Origin: Methylococcaceae bacterium
GTDB lineage: Bacteria; Pseudomonadota; Gammaproteobacteria; Methylococcales; Methylomonadaceae
NCBI GenBank assembly: GCA_037134135.1
Contig: JBAXMT010000001.1
Location: 1 to 40,439 of the forward strand
Direction of reading: 5' to 3'
Length of the DNA: 40,439 nucleotides
The notes under the pieces were generated by a model. It did not search any database, was not told the origin of the DNA, and saw only the letters and a program-made list of their open reading frames with translations. Below are positions 33,769 through 40,439 of the stretch, piece after piece (positions within the stretch are counted from its first letter, which is position 1; each line of letters starts with the position of its first letter). The position numbers were made by a program, and so were the translations under genes.

Positions 33769-36700
33769 ATGAATCGGTTTTTGCTGCGATTTTTTGTTTT
33801 ATTTTTAGTTTCAACCATCAGTTTTGGTGCAACTGCATTAACACAAATTGAAACTGTGACCTCCGAGTTTATTCAAAGCAAAATTGATGCGCTAAATGCC
33901 CGACAGGGTTTAGATGAGGCGGTAAAAAAAGCGGTTTTGCAACAATATCAAGCAGCTCAAGATAATTTAACAGCAAACACACAAGCTCTGGCGCAAATCA
34001 CTACATTTACAGCCGCGATTCATCAAGCCCCTATTGAAACTAAAGCTCTGCAAAAAGAAATTGAGCAAATACCTGTCAAACTTAACAAGCAAAAAATCGA
34101 AGATTTTCGCCAAATTCCCATCGAAGAATTAGAGCAACGACTTATCATCGAAAAAGGAAAAATTAGCCAACTTGATGAACAATTAAAAAAAATCGAAACA
34201 GATTTATTGTTACAAAATAATCGCCCGACTTTAATTCACGAAGAAACTATTGCGGCACAACAAACGATTGAAGATACTCGTAAAAAACTTGAATTACCTG
34301 TTGCTCCAACCGATTCAAAACTCGAATACGAAGCCCAACAAATTTATTTCAAAACGCTAATTGAAACCCATGCTACCGAATTAAAACGTCTTGATGCTGA
34401 AGCAATTAGTCAACCAGCGCGACTTGAATTACTCAAAAATAGACAGCAATTGTTAAATCTCCAAAAAAATGCGCTTGAACCAATCGTTGCCACAATTGAA
34501 AATTTAGCGTTCGATTTACGGTCACAAGAAGCCAAAAAAATGGAGGATGCACTTAGTCAAACGGAAAGAGAAATTGAAGGCAAGCACCCGCTAATTCAAA
34601 AACGTACCCGAGAAAACATTCAATACAGCCGTGAATTACAAGTCGTGATGGCGAAAATTGAACATATTAGTGAGCAAAAAACGCAAGTCGAAAATCAAAC
34701 GACAGATATTGAAAACGACTTTAAAAGTGCGGATAAAAAAATCAGTTTAGCGAGTTTAAGTCCTGCGTTAGGGAAAATTTTGCGTGAGCAACGACGTAGT
34801 TTAGCGGGGCAAAATGAAATCGCGGCGGAATCGCGCAAGCTGGAAAATGAAACCGCCTTAACAAGTTTGGCACAATTCAAAATTGAAGATTACCAAAAAA
34901 CATTGCTGAATGTAGATGACGCGCTGAAACAGATGATGATTTCAGACGTTGAACCGATGTTGCCATTTGAACAGCGAATGATGATTCAAGCGGAATTGCG
35001 CGTTTTGTTAAATTCTCAAAAAGAGTTGTTAAACAAACTTGCGTTAGCAGACACGACTTATTTGCGAATGTTAGGAGATTTGGATTTTGCTCGCCAACAG
35101 ATGTTCGCGCAATCCATAAAATTCGCCGTATATTTAGATGAACGTTTGTTATGGGTGATGAGTTCGGAACCTATCAATGCGGCTGCATTAACTGGACTTT
35201 TTCATGCGACACAGTGGTTATTTTCACCAACAAACTGGTTTGACTTGTTCCGTGAAACAGTCAGTATTTTAGGTGAGAATCTATTGTTAACCAATGCAGC
35301 ACTTGGTTTTTTATGGGTGTTAAATTGGTTAAAAATTTGGACAAAAAGTACATCACCACGCCATGAAATAGAGTTATATCGTTGGCACACTGACCATTTT
35401 TATTACACTTTGCGCGTGTTACTGAATCAAATTTTATGTGTTGCGCCAATTCCAGTCATCGGCTATTTGTGGGGTTGTTTTTTAACGCACAACAGTACGA
35501 TTGATTTTAATTTTGCAATTGGTGTGGGGCTTCAAAAAGTTGCGATTTCGATGCTTATTATCAAATTTTTTATCATGTTTTTTTCAGCGGAAGGTGTGGC
35601 GCGACGACATTTTCAATGGCAAAAAAACACCGTGATATTATTGCTTCGTCAATTTTTGTGGATGAGATTTATTGTTTTACCTGCTACGTTTTTAATTCAT
35701 GCAGCGAATTCGTCGAAATTCTCAGAATACGGTGATTCGCTTGGACGCTTTTCATTGATTGCGATGTTAATTGCCGTGGCGATTTTTATGGAGAAATTGC
35801 TGCATCCAAATCGTGGTTTAAATACCGAAAAATGGCACGGATTTTTGCGTTATTCCGCTTATGCGTTAGTTATTATTGTGCCATTGGTGATTATCGGTTT
35901 TGCCGTCACAGGTTATTATTCGAGTGCGTTAGAATTACAAGAAAAGTTAATCAGTACATTGCGTGTGTTTATGTTGGCTGTAATTTTGCATGAGATTTTT
36001 TTACGTTGGTTGACGTTAATAAATCGACAATTAGCTTTAAAAAATGCGGCTCAAAAACGCGAATCAAATGAAAAGCATACGCCGATTTCCGAAGATGAAT
36101 TGCAGCTCGATATTCCAAAAATAAACGCTCAAACTCGAAAAATGTTGCACGTCACATTAACATTAGCAGTGGCGTTAGGGTTTTGGTTGATTTGGAAAAA
36201 TATATTGCCAGCGTTTTCATTTTTAGATCATATTGTTCTTTGGCAACATAAAACGATTATTGATAACCAAGAAAGTTATGAACCGATTACGCTAACCAAT
36301 TTGCTATTTGCAGGGCTATATTTATTCATGGCGATTGTATCGGTACGAAATTTTTACGGCGTGTTGGAATTATTAGTTTTTCGACGCTGGGACATTGAAA
36401 CAGGCAGTCGTTACGCGATTAATCAGTTGGCAAAATACGTTTTTATCACGATTGCATTTATCACGATTGCCAATGAACTTGGCGGCAGTTGGTCACAAGT
36501 TCAGTTTTTGGTTGCCGCATTGGGCGTAGGTTTGGGATTTGGACTTCAAGAAATTTTTGCCAACTTAGTATCGGGAATTATTTTGTTATTTGAACGCCCG
36601 ATTCGTGTTGGTGATGTGGTAACTATTGGTAACGTCACGGGAACAGTTTGCAAAATTCAAATGCGAGCCACAACGCTGCTTGATAATGATCAAAAAGAAT

Positions 36701-37059
36701 TGATTGTGCCAAATAAAACATTTATTACCAGTCAGCTTACAAATTGGACATTGAGTGATGCGACAACGCGCATTATGCTTCCGATTGGCATTGCTTTTGG
36801 TTCGGAAGTAGAATTTGCACACGAATTAATTTTAAAAACAGTAAAAGAAACGCCGTTGATTTTAGAAGAACCCGAAGCGTTTGTAGTTTTTGTGGGTTTT
36901 GGTGATAGTATGCTGAACTTTTCAATTCGTGCCTTTGTGAGTGAACCAATTAATCGCTGGCGCGTAATTCATGATTTAAATATGCGGTTAGAAAAAGTGT
37001 TGCGGGAAAATAAAATAGAGATTCCGTATCCGCAGCATGACGTTCATATAAAAACATAA
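33769..37059 (+). CDS. mscK: Large mechanosensitive channel, MscK/KefA (MscS-family) type
   Basis: Signal peptide, a long periplasmic coiled-coil region and multiple TM helices. The C-terminus has the MscS core (GLGFGLQEIFANLVSGIILLFERPIRVGD...G.V..I..R.T). ATG 33769 is preferred over 33751. Confidence 0.87.
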   Translation: MNRFLLRFFVLFLVSTISFGATALTQIETVTSEFIQSKIDALNARQGLDEAVKKAVLQQYQAAQDNLTANTQALAQITTFTAAIHQAPIETKALQKEIEQIPVKLNKQKIEDFRQIPIEELEQRLIIEKGKISQLDEQLKKIETDLLLQNNRPTLIHEETIAAQQTIEDTRKKLELPVAPTDSKLEYEAQQIYFKTLIETHATELKRLDAEAISQPARLELLKNRQQLLNLQKNALEPIVATIENLAFDLRSQEAKKMEDALSQTEREIEGKHPLIQKRTRENIQYSRELQVVMAKIEHISEQKTQVENQTTDIENDFKSADKKISLASLSPALGKILREQRRSLAGQNEIAAESRKLENETALTSLAQFKIEDYQKTLLNVDDALKQMMISDVEPMLPFEQRMMIQAELRVLLNSQKELLNKLALADTTYLRMLGDLDFARQQMFAQSIKFAVYLDERLLWVMSSEPINAAALTGLFHATQWLFSPTNWFDLFRETVSILGENLLLTNAALGFLWVLNWLKIWTKSTSPRHEIELYRWHTDHFYYTLRVLLNQILCVAPIPVIGYLWGCFLTHNSTIDFNFAIGVGLQKVAISMLIIKFFIMFFSAEGVARRHFQWQKNTVILLLRQFLWMRFIVLPATFLIHAANSSKFSEYGDSLGRFSLIAMLIAVAIFMEKLLHPNRGLNTEKWHGFLRYSAYALVIIVPLVIIGFAVTGYYSSALELQEKLISTLRVFMLAVILHEIFLRWLTLINRQLALKNAAQKRESNEKHTPISEDELQLDIPKINAQTRKMLHVTLTLAVALGFWLIWKNILPAFSFLDHIVLWQHKTIIDNQESYEPITLTNLLFAGLYLFMAIVSVRNFYGVLELLVFRRWDIETGSRYAINQLAKYVFITIAFITIANELGGSWSQVQFLVAALGVGLGFGLQEIFANLVSGIILLFERPIRVGDVVTIGNVTGTVCKIQMRATTLLDNDQKELIVPNKTFITSQLTNWTLSDATTRIMLPIGIAFGSEVEFAHELILKTVKETPLILEEPEAFVVFVGFGDSMLNFSIRAFVSEPINRWRVIHDLNMRLEKVLRENKIEIPYPQHDVHIKT

Positions 37060-37085
37060 GCTATTGTTGTTTTTACAATAATAGC
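37060..37085 (+). terminator. Stem-loop immediately after the mscK stop (10-bp stem with one G-U, loop ttttta), no U tract
   Basis: gctattgttg / caataatagc pairing was read directly. Function is uncertain. Confidence 0.3.
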
Positions 37086-37133
37086 CTCACAGATTTACAA
37101 AAATTTATCATTTAGTTATATAAAGGAAAAACA

Positions 37134-37475
37134 ATGAGTAACTTACCAAAATGTCCAAAATGCAGTTCAGAATTCACTTATGAAGACGGTGAAATGTTCA
37201 TCTGCCCCGAATGTGGACATGAATGGGACAAAAATGCCGCCACTGAAACTGATGATGTAAAAGTTGTCAAAGACGCAAACGGCAACGTTTTAAACGATGG
37301 CGACATGATTACCGTGATTAAAGATTTAAAAATCAAAGGTTCATCCAACGTTGTCAAAGTCGGCACAAAAGTAAAAATCATCCGTTTGGTCGATGGTGAC
37401 CACGATATTGATTGCCGCATCGAAGGCATTGGCGCGATGCAATTGAAATCCGAATTCGTCAAAAAAGTAGTGTAG
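37134..37475 (+). CDS. yjdM: Zinc-ribbon protein YjdM (PhnA family)
   Basis: CPKC...CPECGHEW zinc ribbon plus the conserved C-terminal SH3-like part (DANGN.L.DGD...IKDLK.KG). Confidence 0.9.
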   Translation: MSNLPKCPKCSSEFTYEDGEMFICPECGHEWDKNAATETDDVKVVKDANGNVLNDGDMITVIKDLKIKGSSNVVKVGTKVKIIRLVDGDHDIDCRIEGIGAMQLKSEFVKKVV

Positions 37476-37504
37476 AAAATTTTAGATTAGAGAGTTCAAA
37501 AGAA

Positions 37505-38722
37505 ATGGCACTTTATGTTTATAAATTTGGTGGCACGTCGGTGGGTTCAATCGAACGCATCAAAGCCGTCGCCGAACGTGTTAAAAAAGTCCGCGAGACA
37601 GGCGACGATTTAGTTGTGGTGCTTTCGGCAATGAGCGGCGAAACCAATCGTTTAATCGGTTTAGCGAAAGAAATGCAAGATGAACCGAATGAGCGCGAAC
37701 TCGATGCGATGGTTTCGACGGGCGAACAAATCACGGTTGCATTGTTGAGTATGCGTTTGAATGAAATCGGTTGCCCCGCGTGTTCGTACACAGGAACGCA
37801 AGTTCGGATTTTAACAGACAGCAGTTTTACCAAAGCGCGAATCAAAGAAATCGACGATGCAAAAATTCGTTCTGATTTAGCGGACGGAAAAGTGGTTGTC
37901 GTCGCAGGTTTTCAAGGCGTTGACGAAGACGGCAATATCACGACGCTGGGTCGTGGCGGTTCTGATACAACCGCTGTGGCATTAGCGGCGGCGTTGAAAG
38001 CCGATGAATGTCATATTTACACCGACGTGGACGGTGTTTATACGACAGACCCGCGCGTTGAACCGAAAGCGCGTCGCTTAGATAGAATTACCTTTGAAGA
38101 AATGCTCGAAATGGCGAGTTTGGGTTCAAAAATTTTGCAAATTCGCTCTGTGGAATTTGCGGGAAAATACAATGTTGCATTGCGCGTGTTGTCTTCATTT
38201 GAAGAAGGTAACGGCACGTTAATTACTTATGAGGAATCACAAATGGAAAGTGCGTTAATTTCAGGTATTGCTTTTAATCGTGACGAAGCGAAATTAACCA
38301 TTACGGGCGTGCCAGATTTGCCTGGTATTGCTTATAAAATTTTAGGGCCGATTGCCGATGCGAACATCGAAGTCGATATGATTGTCCAAAATATCGCCGA
38401 CGATGCGACAACGGATTTTACTTTTACGGTTCATCGTAACGATTTTCAACGGGCAAAAACGATTTTAGAAACGATTTGCACCGACTTGGGAGCGCGTCAT
38501 GTGACGGGCGATAACGATATTGTGAAAGTGTCGATTGTTGGCGTTGGAATGCGTTCACACGCTGGAATTGCTAGCATGATGTTTAAAACGTTAGCCGACG
38601 AAGGTATTAACATTCGGATGATTGCAACGTCAGAAATTAAAATTTCGGTCGTGGTTGATGAAAAGTATTTAGAGTTGGCCGTTCGTGCTTTGCATAGTGC
38701 ATTTGGTTTAGAATACGCATAA
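37505..38722 (+). CDS. lysC: Aspartate kinase (with ACT domains)
   Basis: ATG 37505 gives MALYVYKFGGTSVGS. Also VVVLSAMSGETN, GRGGSDTTAVALAAAL and two ACT regions. The ORF-track start at 37412 overlaps yjdM and is rejected. Confidence 0.93.
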   Translation: MALYVYKFGGTSVGSIERIKAVAERVKKVRETGDDLVVVLSAMSGETNRLIGLAKEMQDEPNERELDAMVSTGEQITVALLSMRLNEIGCPACSYTGTQVRILTDSSFTKARIKEIDDAKIRSDLADGKVVVVAGFQGVDEDGNITTLGRGGSDTTAVALAAALKADECHIYTDVDGVYTTDPRVEPKARRLDRITFEEMLEMASLGSKILQIRSVEFAGKYNVALRVLSSFEEGNGTLITYEESQMESALISGIAFNRDEAKLTITGVPDLPGIAYKILGPIADANIEVDMIVQNIADDATTDFTFTVHRNDFQRAKTILETICTDLGARHVTGDNDIVKVSIVGVGMRSHAGIASMMFKTLADEGINIRMIATSEIKISVVVDEKYLELAVRALHSAFGLEYA

Positions 38723-38754
38723 ATGTGATTTGAGCTTTATTATTTTTCAAAATT

Positions 38755-38763
38755 TGTTATAAT
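38755..38763 (+). promoter_or_regulatory. Candidate extended -10 promoter element (TGtTATAAT) for csrA
   Basis: A perfect TGnTATAAT lies 68 nt upstream of the csrA ATG. I found no good -35, which is acceptable for extended -10 promoters. Confidence 0.35.
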
Positions 38764-38780
38764 TTTAAGTCTTGATTGTT

Positions 38781-38803
38781 CTTCGCTGTATCGCACAGCG
38801 AAG
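38781..38803 (+). promoter_or_regulatory. Perfect 9-bp hairpin (cttcgctgt-atcgc-acagcgaag) in the lysC-csrA spacer or csrA leader
   Basis: The inverted repeat was read directly. No U tract follows, so it may be a leader structure rather than a terminator. Confidence 0.4.
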
Positions 38804-38830
38804 AGTTCAAATTATTAAAAGGAGTTAGTT

Positions 38831-39022
38831 ATGCTTATCTTGACTCGTAGAGTAGGAGAAACGCTAATGATTGGTGATGAAGTTACAGTCACTGTTTTAG
38901 GCGTAAAAGGCAATCAAGTTCGCATTGGTGTAAATGCCCCGCAAGAGGTGTCTGTACACAGAGAAGAAATATACGATAAGATTAAAAAAGAGCAATCTGA
39001 TTTATCTAAAGTAGAAGATTAG
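38831..39022 (+). CDS. csrA: Carbon storage regulator (RNA-binding global regulator)
   Basis: [43 protein letters not shown] is nearly invariant CsrA sequence. A strong SD (aaggag) lies upstream. Confidence 0.96.
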   Translation: MLILTRRVGETLMIGDEVTVTVLGVKGNQVRIGVNAPQEVSVHREEIYDKIKKEQSDLSKVED

Positions 39023-39035
39023 TTATACAAGTTCC

Positions 39036-39127
39036 GGAGAGTTGGCCGAGCGGCTGAAGGCGCTCCCCTGCTAAGGGAGTATGGGCTTTAACTCCCATCG
39101 AGGGTTCGAACCCCTCACTCTCCGCCA
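39036..39127 (+). tRNA. serV: tRNA-Ser (anticodon GCU), class II with long variable arm, CCA encoded
   Basis: Folded by hand: acceptor stem ggagagt/actctcc, 3-bp D stem, anticodon stem ctccc/gggag with loop cTGCTaa, long variable arm, and T arm gaggg-ttcgaac-ccctc. Its position after csrA matches the enterobacterial and pseudomonad arrangement. Confidence 0.95.
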
Positions 39128-40169
39128 CTATTGAAAGCCACTAATGCCAAACAAAATCCAAACAATGCCGCTTTTGGATAACCCAAAGTATTGATTTCGG
39201 AGTTAAAATGCCCCTCTATGCGCTGAAAAGCGGTTTCAATTCCCCAACGTTCCCGATACATTTCCGCGATTTTCAATGCGTCAGCAACAGTTTTGTCCAG
39301 ATTAGTCAAAATACGGATTTCATCATCCCCATTGCGCGTGTTCTCCTTCAATTTAACGACAATACGTCGTGCTATGTATTCAAAACCCATAGCAGATTTG
39401 AGCATTACCGATTGTTCAAAAACATCGCCTGTTTCGCTAAACCCAACAAATACAGGGTCGTAAAGCTCTACCACAGGTATTTGTTGATGCTCACGAACAA
39501 CGCCCCCCCCCGTTCTTGAATACCAAACAAAAAATCTTGCGTACAAAACAACTGTCTGCAATCCACAAATCCTTGTGCATGACGGTCAGCAACACTTTGT
39601 CGAGCAAGCTGCGTTCTTGGGCGTGTCCGTCTTCACACGGAAAAACGTCAATCGCCAGTTCCAATTGCGGATCAAACACCACCAGTGATTTTCCTGGCAA
39701 GGCACCTGATTTCGTGTCGCGCAATACTTTCAAGCGATGATGGCTCGCTTCGATGCAATTACCATCTAATAACTTTGTACGATAGCCTGGCAAAATAGCA
39801 GGTAATTCGCCCTTCATCTCCCGAATGATGGCTTCCGATTCTTGGGCGACGTAACGCACTAATGCTGCCGACGTTTCTATCTTCATCCCATTTAATTTGT
39901 TGTACAACGATGTTACCGAAACACTGATGTTTTTCTGAATTTCGATAGGCGACATGAACGCTTTCTCGTATCTGACAAACTACCTCCAGCATCAATGCGA
40001 CTACTGTTGAAAATAGCAGCTCGCTTGTATATTGCCGTCCTCGGTTTGCTTCAAACCAAATGTCCAATTTTTCTTCGTTTAATATCTGTTCAAGTAAGCC
40101 CTGAACCATCACTGTTACTGGACTTCTATGGATGAATTTTTGTAACACATTGCTGAATTCGTTAGTCAT
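39128..40169 (-). pseudogene. IS4-family DDE transposase remnant: two frameshifts and a 3' truncation at the tRNA-Ser boundary
   Basis: Three consecutive minus-strand ORFs (40169-39759, 39955-39491, 39561-39115) together read like one IS4-type transposase (LLDGNCIEA..., LWIAD, YRERWGIETAFQRIE.HFNSEINTLGYP). The last four codons (SGGE) are read out of the tRNA 3' end, and no terminal inverted repeat follows. Confidence 0.8.
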
Positions 40170-40439
40170 TGATATTTAAATTGCCCATTGTCCTCTAAAA
40201 ACACCTTGAAAGAGCTGCCTTTTACACTCGAATTATGAAATACTTTAACCTCGTTTCTTTTTTAAAAATACTGCCGCGCCGCCACAGAATGGTTCGACGC
40301 AACGGATAAACGAAGCTGCTGCCATTGCAACCAGCAATTCTCATTATGAAAACCGCTCGTGCTGTATAAAGGAAAACCGAGTGAAAAAAATGAAGATAAG
40401 CGATGGCATCACCATTTGAATCGAACAAAATATCAGCCC

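Noticed and set aside
37476-37504. Lysine riboswitch upstream of lysC
   Set aside because: Only 29 nt separate yjdM and lysC, which is far too short for an L-box.
40222-40428. 68-aa minus-strand ORF at the window end
   Set aside because: I recognise no family and the composition is odd. It lies in what is probably the IS 5' flank or island DNA, and there is insufficient evidence to call a gene.

Overview
Chromosomal segment of a low-GC gammaproteobacterium. Which lineage is only a guess; gene content would fit a marine Thiotrichales-like organism. Most of the window is housekeeping: dnaX-ybaB-hinT, dsbB-priA, a Tat-exported multicopper oxidase, rsmD, a PAS/HAMP chemoreceptor, phoBR, convergent oadGAB (Na+ oxaloacetate decarboxylase), an HpnN-like MMPL transporter, purT, fdxA, mscK, yjdM, lysC-csrA-tRNA-Ser. 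There are five accessory or unusual patches. (1) A small toxin-antitoxin island sits after hinT: a Gp49/RelE-like toxin with a chimeric antitoxin, plus brnTA, marked by a 63-bp direct repeat. (2) Two tandem paralogous genes encode large Cys-rich secreted proteins built from PPC-like modules. They abut or overlap a soluble RCK protein, dsbB and priA, and are the best candidate here for an undescribed system. (3) A solitary Mrr-type restriction gene. (4) A CRP-family regulator gene is split by a 118-bp MITE-like element with 27-bp imperfect inverted ends. (5) A decayed, 3'-truncated IS4-family transposase is butted against the 3' end of tRNA-Ser(GCU). I saw no CRISPR array, rRNA or prophage. All calls come from reading the translations and the sequence by eye; nothing was searched or computed against a database.
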